NCBI RefSeq assembly: GCF_964355755.1
Contig: NC_092671.1
Span: 15,314,001 to 15,378,000, forward strand
Direction: 5' to 3'
DNA from: Antedon mediterranea
Taxonomy: Eukaryota > Animalia > Echinodermata
Length of the DNA: 64,000 nt
The notes under the pieces are model-generated. The model had not been told where the DNA came from. It ran no database searches and saw nothing but the letters and a program-made list of their open reading frames with translations. Every line of letters begins with the position of its first letter. Position 1 is the first letter of the stretch. Of this stretch, positions 13,337 through 26,949 are shown one piece after another. Made by a program: the position numbers and the translations under genes.

Positions 13337-16300
13337 CTTGGTAAGAAAATTATTCTCAGCGTACTGAGTGCCGAAGTTTGGCGAAGCGTATGCACCAAAC
13401 CAAGTACACTCTCTCCCCTGAATTTCCGGACCCTTGTACCTAAGGTAATGTTTGATAATATCGTTCAGACTCAGACCCTGCTAACCGTCCTATCACCCAA
13501 ATTTTTCACCCCAAACCACCCTCGGAATACAGCAAAAGTAGGTTTCCTGTGAGCCAGTGTGCTAAGACACAAAGTGATATTGTACACCGCCTGACGATTT
13601 ATAGTACTGCACATGCGTATACAAATTAATGCGATATGATTGGTTACCAATCATCAATGTACTGCTTTAGTACTGAGCGACCAGAACATAATTCTTTTTC
13701 GTTAGACACCACAGAGTAAAGCGTAGCTTTTATCTTTATATTCATGGAATGCAACATTTTATTTTTTTGAATAGAAAAACTATGCCACAATATTAATTCA
13801 TTAATCTACTAAGCTAAGGTTGGCATTATGTTATGTAACTTAGTTCGCCTCCCAAAATTACACATGCGTAGAAGGTGCCATCGGACAAATTATTGAAAAC
13901 GGTCAATAAATGTTTGAAACTGGGCGTGTCTGGGAAAGGTCCTTGTCAAAGTCTCCCCGCTGGAATTCTGGGAAAATAAATTTTTGTTTGCTTCATTATT
14001 ATTATATGTGCTTTTATAATTTATATATTTTTTCAATGTGATATTATAAATGACTATATTTTTAAATAACGTTTTAAAATTTGATAATAAAGAAGAATGT
14101 CGCGATATTAGATAGTACAACAGAGGGTAGATCTACCTGGAACAGCAATTTCTACGTCATTATGGGATGTAAAGCCCATGATTCTTGATATGAACGACGC
14201 CCTCTCGATCTTCTATATTTATAGGTTATTCAGTGAATATAATATCCCAGTCCTTATCATTGGATAAAGTCCATACATATGTTACAAACAAAATAGCGCA
14301 GAATATTATATATAATATTTATTATTAGATAATGTAATGTTATTATTTCTAATTTATATTTCTTATTTATGTTGAAGTAATTACTAAATGGTTGAATCCA
14401 CACTGCGCCCTGGTAGTAATACTAATTATAGTAAATATACTTATGGGCCAAAAAAACGAACGAAATAAAATACCCTTTGTTAGTAAATAATAGGCATACA
14501 AAGAAAAAAAAATCTTGTACTCCCCGAAAAGAAAAAAAAACAATGCTTTTTTTATAACCATACCTCCACCGGGCGCCGTATAAATAATAAAATATCATTC
14601 TATGGCAATAATTACCGTTTATTCGAATAAATGTTCCGCTTTTAATAAAGCCTCCATAGAACATCGTTTGGAGAAACTGCCTCTCAAATAATCCCCGGGG
14701 CCATAGTATTTTCTCCTCAAATAAACGCTCCGGGAGAATTTATACATGTTACAATTTATACCAAAAATATCACCCCTTCCATCGAATAAATAAATACGAC
14801 TTGCTAAATAAAGTCAAACCATTATTGTTAATTATTATTATGAACTTTAAGAGAAATAAATGTTACTTTGATAGATTGATTGATTGATTGAGTTCCATCA
14901 TTTATCAAAGACTCATACCTGGTATGATATTAATTATTATAAGTTTTAACGCAACTTTTCGAGATGGCACTCGTTACCGTACGTTTTTACTAACTTTAAA
15001 TTAATAATAAATAAAGAATAAATTAAATTAGTATTAAAATAATATTTTTATTCCAATAGAATTGGTATCGCCGTTTTCACACGAAAGTAAGTATTATAAA
15101 TGTGATGATAAAAATGAAAATTATATTATGTGAAACAAGTTTCAAGAAGTGAAATAAATTATTGCTAGTAACAGCAGCAGCCCATAACAAAACAAAACAT
15201 AATATATTGTGAAATACCACACAAAAATAAAATTATGTTGATGGTGATTATTGACAATTGTTACATCATAAAGCTGATAAAGCTTAAATTAACAAAAAAA
15301 TATAAATGTTATATCTTCGTTTGCCACGACGCGCGCTGCATATATGCAGAGCTATCATAACAACAACAGATAAGAGTCAAATTGAAAGTTCCAACTAAAA
15401 CCTGAAGAACTAGAGGGCGGCAAACTGATTATTTTATTACACACGGTGTATTCATAGTATTCGCCAGAAACCTTTACAAGAAACTACATTCTTTGAGATA
15501 CTGTTTACGGGATATTTAAAATAGTGAATTACTGTAATTATGTTTGTACAGTATAACATTGTTAAATTCAATGAAAACAATAACAATTAATAAAACAGTG
15601 AATAAAATATAGTATGTCAGAAAAATGGATAACTTTTAGATTTATATTTTAAGCCATTTATTAAAATATATTTTACAAAATTCATACTCTTTAAAGTTAT
15701 CTTTTTTGTTATAAAATAAAAACAATGTAATACTAATATTATATAACAGGCTTTATTTATTATTCTCATCAATCGTGTCTAAATGAAATCTTATCAATAA
15801 TCAAATTTTCAAGAATTTTTCAGTAGAAATGGATATTTAAAGAAGAAATATTTCTTACAAAAAACGCTTCTCGCTTATTGACGTAATAGTTTTAAAGGTA
15901 TATTGTCCCTCTGAAAAATATTTTTTATTTCAAATTTGTTTTTGAGTGTGTCATTTTATTGTCACATAATAGTTATTTTACCTGAAAAAATGTAATTTAA
16001 TGCAAAAAATACTTAAATTGTCTGGCAATGTTTTTTTGGGTTATAATTAAACGTTTCTTGTCTCTTTTTATACGTGAATAAATAATTTTGTTACAGAAGT
16101 GAATAACTTTGATATGAAACACAGATTCAATTTCTGTCACTTTAGTTTATTTTATTGCTAAGGTCAAGTCTGGGGGTTACTTTATCACACCTAGATACTT
16201 CCATGTGTGAAGTATCCTATTACAAACAAAAACTTTAATGGACTGTTTTGATAATAATTCAATGATTATCTGACAACGAATTACAGTTTATATATCAGTT

Positions 16301-17069
16301 CAATCTGTTGATTCACGTCAACCAATCAAAGGGCAAGAATCCAAAATCATTTAACCGTTAGCCCTCATAGACTCTTTTTTTGGGTCCAGCAGCTGGCACC
16401 TATATTTTATAGTCGAGAATCCTTTTTAGCAAAAACGTCAGTGTCTAGTACTATAACTGCTGCTTGCTTTCAGCTTATAAATGAGTCATCTCTTGTGATG
16501 TAGCAGGCTAGAGCAGCAGCGTGAAAACAAAATAGATATTTATAGAATCTTATCCACACCATAGATGGTAGTATAGTTTAAAGAAAATACAACAAAAAAT
16601 AGAGGGGCTATAAAAAAACATTTTCCATAAGCATTTATTGTAAACTGGCAACCAGTAAGAATTAGAGTGTTATTACCAGATATTTATTATATTAACACAC
16701 TTAATTGTTAAATCAGCCGTTCAATAAATAGTAAAAACTTTTCAATCTTCCCAACTAGCCATCCACTGGCATCATTCTACACCTACTGTAACAGGCGCTA
16801 TACCAGATGTTTAAAGTGTGGCAAATGCCTTTAGTCAATCAAAAGAGGCCAAGAAGAGAGTATAAAAAATGTATGCACTATAAGAATGGATTTCCTCCTT
16901 TGCATTCAAAACAATTGGGAGAAATTGCACTTTTAGTAGTTGGAAGGAAAATCACTGAAAACATTGGGACACTTCTGGAGACTTGGATATAGAATGTACT
17001 ACTGTGCTACTTGCCAGCAACAAGACTATTGTATTAATAAAGGGCAGCTATACTGTGTTGTTTTAATTA

Positions 17070-20000
17070 TCAACGATTAATTCTATCCAAAAGGTTTAGG
17101 AATCTTAAGACCATAGTGTGTTCTTCACTGTTTCTAATAATGCTGCCTTTCTGGTCATCTTTCACAAGCGAGTGTTTTTGTGTTATTTCACTTGAAGTCA
17201 AATTGTTATCAAAGATTAAATCCTGCATATAACTTAACTCATTGTGGTGTTCAGACAAAGTAAGTCTGTCCCAAACATAGTACGGTATCTGAAAAACAAA
17301 AGCAGTTAAAATAAATATAGAATTGTAAAATAATAATATATCCAGAAACTACATTGGCAATTAAGATTTAACATCAAACTTTATGTGACAAAAAAATGTG
17401 ATGTGCCCATATATGGACATGATGTCATATAACTATCATATATTTCCATATCACTACTATATTTGGGCACATCACACTTTTTTTGTCAAATGAGTTTGAA
17501 AGTGTAGACAAAGCTTTGTTGGCAATGAGTCATATCTTGGTGTTACTGTCATATGACACAAAAAAACTTGGAAGCAACCACCATTCCTATACAACAAATC
17601 TACACAAGATATCCACTTTTCTCTGAGAAAATAATGAATACTGTATTCTTGGCAATACCACTTGGGTGCTGACAGGAGCATTGAGGAGTCAAAAATTAAA
17701 TCCTAGTCAGTGGCGTAACGGCTTTAAGCACTCACTGCCTAAACCCAGGGGCCCCAGAGCTTATGGGGGCCCCTGAGCAGTACCCAGAGGAAAATTAGAA
17801 TATGTCGCAAAAAGGCTAATAATGCCCAAGGCCTCCAGCATTGGAGGGCCACTTGGAGTTCCTAAACCAGGGGCCTTAGGCATCTGCGTTACGCCACTGA
17901 TCCTAGTATAAACACTACTTATACCTGTTTCTACTTACTTGTATATACTTGTAACCCATTACCTCAAGATGGCGCTTTTTAGCAGCAACGAGTCCAGACG
18001 TATGATGAGAGTTAAGACAGAACTGAGACTTTGACAGAAAATCAATTGCAATTCTGAAACAAAAAGATATAACTAGAGTATATATAAATTATAATTTTTT
18101 TTAATTATTATTTTAAGTAGTAAATTTTATTAGTTTATATGTATGTTTATGTCAATTTATATATCATTTATCTATTTTTTATTTATTTATTTTTTTAGTT
18201 ATAATTGTTTCTGGGGTCTTTCTCAAGACAAGAAACTTGATTTTTTCTAGAGAAGACCCCAAATGATGGTTCATTACCATGTTCATTTAAATACACACCT
18301 ATGTTATACTGTACAATAATATACCATTAGTGAATAAATAAATGTTTTTTAACTTGAAATCGAAATAACTGAAAAAAATGACAATGCTGTGGGTATCAGT
18401 GGCTGGATTTCAATAATGCAAAATAAAGTATACATATGCTGTACTTGCACTGATGAAGGGCTAGTATTCAATTCAATTCAATCTATTCTGGATTTTACAA
18501 TATAAACAATAACACATACATCACACATGCTAGACCTGGGGGACAACAGCGAACTAAACCGCTTTCGCTACGCAAATTTTTCTGGCTGTTTTGATAATTT
18601 TTTGCTAATTTTATTTTTATCTCCATTGAGATCCAGCCCTGTGGCCGTATTCACCAATCACACCTAAGTGAGATATTTCCCTTAAATCCTAAGAATTTCC
18701 CTTAAATCAAGAAATATTAAGGGTTTTCTTCATTTACTTGTTTTTGTTTTGACTGCCATTTTCTTTTTATTGATCATCGTCCACACACTTTTCTCTCCAT
18801 CCTCCCCGTCCCCCAACCCCTTACTCGTTTTTTAAATATGCAAATTAGAGAGGAAAGTGATTGGACCATAGGGGAATTAAATCCTCTGTGATTGGACAAT
18901 GGGGAAACTCATGAATATTTATGATTATTTTTACCCTGAAGTTTTACCCTTAAATTAAGTGTTTTCCTTAGGTAAGTGAATTCCTTAACTCATTTGTGAA
19001 TACCCCTTAAGTGTTTCCCTTTGTTAAGGGAATTCTTAAATTTTAAGGGTAAGTATTTCCCTTAGCCTAAGTGAGATTGGTGAATACGGCCACTGATACC
19101 CACAAAATTGTAATTTTTTACAGTAATTTTATATGTATCATTTATCTATTTTTTAGAACAGTTTAAAAAAAAATATTACTGTTTCTGTATGTGTGTACTT
19201 ACCTCTGAGCACCTTGTGGTACCTGCTTAGTTTGTGTTCCCCACTGCATGAGATCTGATAACATTGTACTAATCACTTGACCAGACCTGTTTAACACGCT
19301 CCCATAGTCGGCACATGGTAAAGGCTTTCCACCGCGATCAAGGACACACTCAAAATCTAAGTAATTAAAACAAACACAATTAACTTTACCATTAATCATT
19401 GGAGAAAAATATTCAATAGCATAATGCACTTGCGGGGTAAATATATAAATATGTATTATTAATAGTCCCCATTTCTCCATCTTATATTAAAAACAAAGCA
19501 TGTGAATTTCTCCTCTCCCACTCTCAAAGGACAAAGTTCATGTAACTTATTTGTAAAGCTTGTTCCCACTAGGAACACAACGTAAGTGATTTGACCGCTT
19601 GTCATTGGTCAATTTGCTTGCATTGTGTCCAGTGGTGGCGCCACGATCTTCCCGACGCAGGGAATACATTCCCCGACGAGGGGGCTATGCGAGCGAAGCG
19701 AGCATCACTAGGCTGGGGGCCAGGGGGCAGCTAATAGAGCTGTTAGGTCCCGGAAAATGCACTTATTGTATTTCGAAATATGACCAGCTTTATGGTTGAG
19801 CTAAGAAAATGTTTAAAACTAGAACTGCAGGTCTTCAAAAATTGCATTTTATACTTTGGAAACATCAGGTCTGTGGTGGTGGTGGTCTGTTTTGCCTTTA
19901 ATTGGGGGGTGGGGCGGAGGCTCCTCGACGAGGGGGCTAAATACTTAAGAGAGTACTGACTATGAGGAAGGATGGTATGTTGATAATAATTCCTCCAGTG

Positions 20001-22972
20001 TAACACTTACCAATGTCATAAAAATAAGGTGAGAGAACAAATGACCGGAAGTATTGAGGGCCTCCTAGAATTTGACTGAGGCAACTCTGCAGAGACTTCA
20101 AAACAGCTGGTAGATAAGACTTTCCTGAAATGAAACAAATAACTAATGAATCTCGAAACTATCTAATAATTATCCACTTACCTGGATAAGGACTATAAAC
20201 ACTAGGTCCAGTGTACACATCTAGCTCATGTGCACATGTTCATGTGAACCTACAGTACATCTTTCAAGATGAGTATGGGGATACCCCGGTGCACTAGTAC
20301 ACACACAGCCACTGATCATAGCTGGGCCATCTGGCAGACCAGTCTTTGACTGAAGAGGTTACCCAGTATAAATAAATAAATTTAAATTAAAAAAAATTCA
20401 ATAAATAGAATTTCTCTCTTGCACAACAACACGCCAGAATGTTTCTAAAATGCAGACATGACATGGGACTAGAGTAAAAGTACTGCATATTTCATTGATA
20501 CTCACTTGTTTTGAGGATTTCTAGACAGTAGTCTTCATGGAACCATGGAATTTGTAGGTGATTACATTCTATAACTACAGCTCTGTTTAAATGCATCAGA
20601 CGTTGACAATACATCCTGCTCCTTGGGCTTGCTGATTATTTTGATAAAATAACATTTATAAAATAATTCTAATAATAGCATTAGTTAAAACAGTTTCAGA
20701 TGTCAAGTACAAATAACAAGTATACTTATAATAAAAGATTTAATTATAAATTAAAAGCTATGTACTGTTCTCCTTTAAAAACATCAAGTATTTATCTCAT
20801 CAACTCTGCTACCAAACAAACACAGTACAAGGCCTGTATTAAGGGGACACTTAAAATGTTCCCTTGGTTCTAAAGTAATTAGTTAGCAGATAATAATATA
20901 AAGTGATTCTCACCATACACTTCTTCTTCAAGCTTGATAAGAAATTGCAGGTTAAAAAGTTTGTGTAAAAGTTTCTCAGGAAACTCCTCTACTAAAGACA
21001 ACAAGAATGCCATGTCCAAAATCATTACAGATGGCAGATGATCCAAAAATGGCATGAATCTTCTTAGACAGATGTGAAAGAAATCTGGTGTATTCTGTGG
21101 CCTGTAATTCAAGATGCAATATGGAGAAAGAAGCGAAAGAACTTGTCTTGGGGTCACTCTTGACATGTTTTGAGATGTGATGTCAGCAATAGCTTCCAGA
21201 AGTGGAATTTGAAGGAATCGAGTCCTGGTCACATTTCTTGCACATTCTACCGCCAAATTTGGAGTCAGCTTATGTAGACAATTTGTATACTGTGACATGA
21301 TAGTTGATATCAAGGCACTGTTTGTTTCTCCTTCTAACATATGATTGATCATGTTATTCAAATAAACAACACTTTTAACATCAATTATCTTCTCTACTGC
21401 TTGCATGTTTAATTTTTGTAAGAGGCTGTTAAGACCAATTCTTTCATTGGATTCTTTATCAAGTTTTTTACTGATACGACTAAGAGATAAAAACAACTGA
21501 CTTATAGAGGCCACACTATATTGTGGAAGCATTCTTTCTAATTTGTCAATAATCTTTGGCTCAAGATTTGAAATTGGTAGCAAAGAAAGAAGATAGGTTA
21601 TTCCAAGAAAACGTATTGGCGAGAAAGCTTTTTTGTAAAAGTCAAGAACTTTTGTTTCTAAAAATTCAAAAAATGAATTATTATGAGGAAGGTGCGTACT
21701 GTGAAAGAATTCAACAATTTTTAGTAGATTTTTATATTGAAAATTGCTTGAACTTTGATAAGATCTAGCTATTTCAGTGGTAAGATGGCAAGGAACTCGA
21801 AAGCCCATCACTCGTAGAGCACTGCAGAGATCTCCAAGTTGATTGTGTGGTATTTCAGAGATAACCTGGTCTGCCAACGCTTCAAGAGTGAATTTCAATT
21901 CAGGCGAAGCGTTCTGTGCTAGTACAGACATGACTCTTACAAGGTTTGAAGGATTGTTCAAAGTAGGAAGAAAGTTTTGAATACATTTGGTAATGTCAGT
22001 TCTTAATTGAAGACCATCTTCATGTCCTTCTAAACTGTGATAAATACTTGTAAGTTCCCATATGGATAAGGACTTGATATGTGGTTCTAGCAATGATATA
22101 CATTTCTGTATTAACAATCTTGGATTATCTTTCCTAATTGCAATACCTTGCAGAATTTTCCGCAAATCGTTTGTAGTAACAGTATCTTTATTTTCTTCTA
22201 ACATCTTTAAAAGGAGTTTATAAATCTGCTGACGAAATCCATATGATGTCAATGTAACAGTGGCGCGGAATAATGTGGATACATCACGGACATCCATTGA
22301 TTCTTTTTCAATGAATTTGTGGAAACAATCTGTAACATTACCGAGCAACACACTACTCAAATTAAGGGCATCTTCTGAGCATGCTGCAAATTTTGCAAGT
22401 TCATTAACATTAAACGAACTCAGTCGTCTGTGCACCTCAGTTATCATCTCAGCAACAAGAGAATTTGAATGATGCAGTACAAATTTCAACAATCCATAGA
22501 GTGTATTCACAAGGGTATTATTATCCATATCCCATACTTTATTTTCGGCCAAAATGCAGAGACTATGAAATTCTGGGTGGAATCTTATGTAGTTCCTTAT
22601 TTCAATCACTGCGTTAGAATCATCAACACTCTTCTGTTGCTTCACCAAATTTATCATTGCAGCTCCAATGTGGGCCGTTGTCAACAATGATCGTTTACTT
22701 TTTAAAAGTTCAAATAAAGAATCAACATCATTCTTTAATTCTATCTCTCTCAAGAGAACGGCTTCATTAGTTGTCAATGGTCTTTGAAGAGTCTCTGATA
22801 AGTCTGGTCTTCTGCTGCTGCTGGATTTCTTGCACGAAACATGGTAAGAATTTCTTTGAATATATTTGCAGTTTCTCTGGGTTTTCAATGATGCATATAA
22901 AGTTGACCATTTATTACTGTAAACACAATCTTTTATCATTTGACTACATCTTCGACCTAAAAGTGAAACCAT
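17070..22972 (-). CDS. FASTKD1: FAST kinase domain-containing protein 1-like, paralogue A (~928 aa); exons 22972-20914, 20631-20506, 20124-20011, 19356-19203, 18053-17939, 17288-17070
   Basis: All junctions are GT-AG and phase-compatible. Motifs LNRAVVIEC..QIPWFH, LGGPQY..VLSPYFYDIDFECVLD and QGAQRIAIDFL..G..AKKRHLEVMGYKYIQIPYYVW match the FAST_1/FAST_2/RAP region of FASTKD1. Basic, Ser-rich N-terminus resembles a mitochondrial presequence. Confidence 0.9.
17363..17517. mobile_element. Palindromic MITE family; other copies at ~48590-48710, ~54395-54556 and ~59470-59617
   Basis: Shared arms TGTCTACACTATCAAACT...TGTGATGTGCCCA and TGGGCACATCAC...AGTTTGATAGTGTAGACA occur in four copies in the window. 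Confidence 0.8.
17708..17899. mobile_element. hAT-type MITE, 192 bp
   Basis: TIR CAGTGGCGTAACG / CGTTACGCCACTG; perfect 8-bp TSD ATCCTAGT (17700-17707 and 17900-17907). Confidence 0.9.
18642..19092. mobile_element. PIF/Harbinger-type MITE nested in an older palindromic element (~18362-19130)
   Basis: TIR TGGCCGTATTCACCAATC, CTG target duplication, internal CCCTTAA repeats. Confidence 0.8.
20183..20380 (+). mobile_element. 5'-truncated Deu/Nin-domain SINE
   Basis: GGATAAGGACTATAAAC..GGTCC...GAGTATGGGGATACCCCGGTG...GACTGAAGAGGTTACCCAGTATAAATAAAT, closely similar to the body of the copy at 25208. Confidence 0.75.
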
Positions 22973-23598
22973 CTTGGAAGTCCTCTCAGTCTCAATACTC
23001 AACCTATGAAAATGAAAGAAAATAATAAAGTAAGCAAGTTTGTAATTCTAGTACTCCATTTCAAATACAGCCCCTGTCCCCAAATTTGCTGGTCTCCCTA
23101 TATAGGTTTATCGCAAATACCTTGATTTCACGAGAAACGTCATTGCACAATGCATGATGATCACTCACACAATTTGCGATAAACCTTATTGTCTACTAAC
23201 TACTACTAGCTAGGTAGGGCCTGCCTACACTACACTATACCTCCTAGGTTAGTACTAGGCCTAGTAGTTCTACAGTACTACTACTAGGCCCTCTAGTACT
23301 AGCTAGAGTGAGAGTAGGCCTTGGCCTAAACTAAAGCCTAAGCCTACTGTACTAACTACTATGCCTCGCCTAGGCTAGGTATGGCCAGCTATATAGCCTA
23401 CTTTACTGTACTTACTAGGCTAGGCCTAGGCCTACTAACTAAAAGGCCTAGCCTAGGCCTAGGCCTAGCTAGCTAGCTAGGCTAGGCCTAGGCCTAACTA
23501 GGCCTAGCCTAGGCCTAGTACTAGTTTGAAACTATTTCAAATACTAATACTGTCTGTGCTCAGCTAACATATTAGGATGGTGATTATATTATGCTCAC

Positions 23599-23682
23599 CT
23601 GTGTTTATTTCCCTTACAATTATGTACAAATCTATAGTTTTGGGGCTCATTTTGTCACCTTCTTCTCTCTGTTTCGTGCATC
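23599..23682 (-). other. Probable first (5' UTR) exon of FASTKD1-A, abutting the transposon left end
   Basis: Strong donor ACAG|GTGAGC at 23599/23598; matching acceptor TAG|G at 23004/23003 just upstream of the ATG at 22972. The 5' boundary is unknown. Confidence 0.6.
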
Positions 23683-23820
23683 CGGTCAGTCTAATTACCG
23701 AAAACAACCGAAAACAACCGAAAACAACCGAAAACAACCATAAACAACTGAAAACAACCATAAACAACCGAAAACAAACCGAAAACAAAATAACAATATC
23801 TAAATACCGAAAACAAATTT
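23683..23820 (+). repeat. Left TIR built of 10-bp AACCGAAAAC units
   Basis: Direct reading; inverted counterpart at 41538-41695. Confidence 0.95.
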
Positions 23821-24519
23821 GATGCAGCTACTATATTGACCTCGCACGCCAAACAAATTTCTACAGTATATTTTTTAAATGTCGCCCTCTATTGATAGGT
23901 GTTTCTAAAGCCAACAAGACCGCGCGCGCAAAGCCAAGGAGATAGAGACCATACGAAATGGAAGTGTGCACAAAATTTAACTCAATATCGTACAAACTCA
24001 ATGATAACACCGTGCATTTACTTACAGAATCTACAATATGTTAGATATTTAATATATATGTTACATGAATCTTACGGAGACAAGGAATTGTCTGTAGTCG
24101 TAAGACCCTTTGAAAAATAAAACATTATCATAGAAAAAAACATGAAATAAGGTTTTAAAGATACAAGTTGGAAAGTTAAAGTATTCCTACATATAATATA
24201 AAAGAAACTACATAATAGTAGCCTAACACTAACACGCACCACGCATAATATATAAGCATTTTAATATATAAGCATTTTTAAATACTGTAATTCGATATAA
24301 TCACTTCTAAAATATTTTTTAGTATTTTATAACAATTTTAACAACTAGGGATGGTTCTCGAATACATAGTATAATTTCAGCGATTTCAAATGTACTTACC
24401 GCATGACAATAATACACCACTTCTACGACGTTTATTTGTGTATATTGTGTTTATATGTAAAACAGTTTGTGAAAAACACCTCTATTCGGTGCAAATCGTA
24501 AATTAGCAGGTCTGAAAAT

Positions 24520-24702
24520 AATACTAAAAAGTGGTCAAAAATTGGGACCGTAGTCCGGATTGCCTCCAAATGTAATGGAGTGGTCCTTGGCCACATATTT
24601 CTTGCAATAACTTTTTTGAGTAATTCTGCTAACAAACAGACAGACAATCAAATAAACAGACACACGCGATCGATTAGAGATACCTCCTTGGCGGAGGTAA
24701 AT
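24520..24702. mobile_element. Helitron2/Helentron-associated non-autonomous element end
   Basis: (ACAG/ACAA)n microsatellite followed by the terminal hairpin ACCTCCTTGGCGGAGGT; family assignment is from memory. Confidence 0.45.
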
Positions 24703-25207
24703 AATAAATAACTTTTAAACCAATCAATTAATTGTGATAGAAGTATTGTGGTATTTGACTGACTTTGACAAATCAAGAAAGACGCCAATAAAAAAATCCC
24801 TTTTATGTAATGCTGAAGTAATTTTATTTCTATCTACCCAATTAATAAAGAAAAGCCAGTAATGCCAAATTCATTCTGCATACGACTGATCAGGATGTCG
24901 TGATCTATCGTATCAAAAGGATAAAAAAAAAACTGCCAAAACTAGCATAATATATCACCCTTTATCATGTTTCATCAACATAATATATCACTTTTAACGC
25001 GATAGAGCAGTTTCCGTACTATGAGATTTATTATATTATTTATACCGACTGATATGTTTCATAAAGTAGACAGGAAATGGTTAGATACTGAATAATCTTA
25101 CCTAACGTATGAAGGTTAGAAACTGGGCGAAAATCTGAGTTTAATGTTGATTTGGTCGGGAACCTAAACCAATAATTTCGCAAATCAACATTAGTAGACA
25201 TTCGTAG

Positions 25208-25580
25208 GGAGTGAGTGGCCGAGCGGTTACGACAGTGGAACAGTAATTACGGTCTTACTGAAAAACAACTTTTAGTTGAGTTAAGTATCCGTGATTAAAT
25301 AAAGCTTATTATTATTATTATTATTATAGCCATAACATCGGCAGGGGTTCGAGGCTCACTCACTCCGTGGTTCTGGTGGTTAGAACGAGTCTTCTCGGAT
25401 AAGGACTATAAACCGTAGGTCCAGTGTACACATCTCGCTCGTGTGCACTTTAAAGAACCTAGTACGAGACGAGTAGGGGGTTACCCCGGTGTATTAGTAC
25501 ATTACAGCCACTGATCACCAACTGGGTCCTCTGGGAGACCAGTCTTTGACTGAAGAGGTTACCCAGTATAAATATAAATT
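25208..25580 (+). mobile_element. Full-length tRNA-derived Deu/Nin-domain SINE, interrupted by a LINE-like 3' tail (~25250-25326)
   Basis: A box TGGCCGAGCGG, B box GGTTCGAGGC, GGAGTGAG/CTCACTCC stem, Deu-like core and AT-rich tail. The insert ends in AATAAA plus (ATT)n. Confidence 0.8.
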
Positions 25581-25967
25581 CAATCGATTCTGTGTTTTAA
25601 AACTTTTATTTTTATTTAAAATGTATTAGGATAAAAATGGGCAAAACGGATATATTGCTACATTTAAAAATGGAGGTCAAATACACAGTACAAATATTTT
25701 GTATATAGCCCGATTTAAACAAATGACAGGAGAAAAACATAATATCTATTTGGGTATTTATTTCTAACTATACGTTGATTTGTTTACAAACTTTTACGAT
25801 TGCATGTTCATTAAATTCGTCATAACCATGCCAGGTTACTTTCCAGAGGTGAATGACGATATAATATTTTTACATTAAATGCATTGGCGATATTGTTGTT
25901 ACCTTTATTTTATGTACATCAAGGATTATGTGTTGCGCTGTATTATACATTTTTTTTTACTTTGATG

Positions 25968-25969
<2 letters not shown>

Positions 25970-26035
<66 letters not shown>
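25970..26035. repeat. (TA)n microsatellite
   Basis: Direct reading. Confidence 0.97.
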
Positions 26036-26036
<1 letters not shown>

Positions 26037-26119
26037 TGAGGACTAGTTGTGTTCCAACCGTACCACGCCGAGAATGTTAAATTGTCGTTATCCAATCGAG
26101 TTAAAGAACAATACCATGA

Positions 26120-26300
26120 AATGGTCTAATGGTTAGGGCAACTGCATATCAAGCAGACGGTCCGAGTTCGAGTCTCGGTTGGGTCGACTTTTTCTCATTC
26201 TCACAGATTTCCTCATCTTTATCATTTCAAAAATTAATTAAATAATTTTCAGTGTATCACCGGGCGGTTTGGAATTTATTTCTATGCCTGTTGTGTTTTT
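26120..26300 (+). mobile_element. tRNA-headed repeat (second SINE-like family); decayed copies at ~59915-60030 and ~60170-60245
   Basis: TGGTCTAATGGTTAGG..CTGCATATC..GTTCGAGTC followed by the shared body TTTTTCTCATTCTCA. Confidence 0.65.
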
Positions 26301-26589
26301 ATATTTATACAATTGTATTGCGAAGCACTGTGTAAATTATATATAAATAAATACTGTCAAATTACAGTGCTCATCGGAACATGATCTCATAAACGCGTCA
26401 TTGGCGAAAGTTCCGTATTTTTTAGTTGTATGAAAAAATGTCTCTGGCGGGATTCGAACCTGTATATACGTTTCATACAAAAATTGTAATTAATCACGGC
26501 AAACAATTCTACGTAGTTCCTCGGAAATCTGTCTTAAGGCCATAACTGACAGGCCTATGCAACTCATCGAATTAATTTACTAACTTATT

Positions 26590-26830
26590 TTACAGAATTG
26601 ATGCCGTCAAGAACTTGGCTGGGATGATGCAATACCTCGCACCATCCAATCCGAATATTGGTTAGATGAACTTAGAAGGCATGAAATATGTTACAAACTA
26701 CAACACAAAAAGTATGCGAGAGCGAATTACACCCTTTTTTAGATGCTATAATTAAGGGCCAGCGTTTCTGTAGTTGATGACACTAACTATCGATGAGGCA
26801 GCACCCATAGATAGTAATGAAAATAAGTCA
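26590..26830 (+). mobile_element. Possible BEL/Pao LTR-retrotransposon pol remnant
   Basis: Decayed translation ILQN*CRQELGWDDAIP resembles the Pao motif LQxLC..LGWDxxIP. Confidence 0.4.
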
Positions 26831-26949
26831 GTCTGAGATTTTCAACATGGGAGAACCTCTGGAAAACTATAGCTTGGGTACCAGGTCCTGAAATACAAGG
26901 CTCGACTGAGACAAATATTAAAACTACCAAGGAAGAAGAATGGATCCAT

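Noticed and set aside
23564-23822. Short ORFs here and at 41554-41790
   Set aside because: They are translations of the 10-bp TIR units.
25208-26190. Possible tRNA genes (also ~60170)
   Set aside because: No clean cloverleaf, and each runs into a repeated body found elsewhere in the window, so they are SINE heads.
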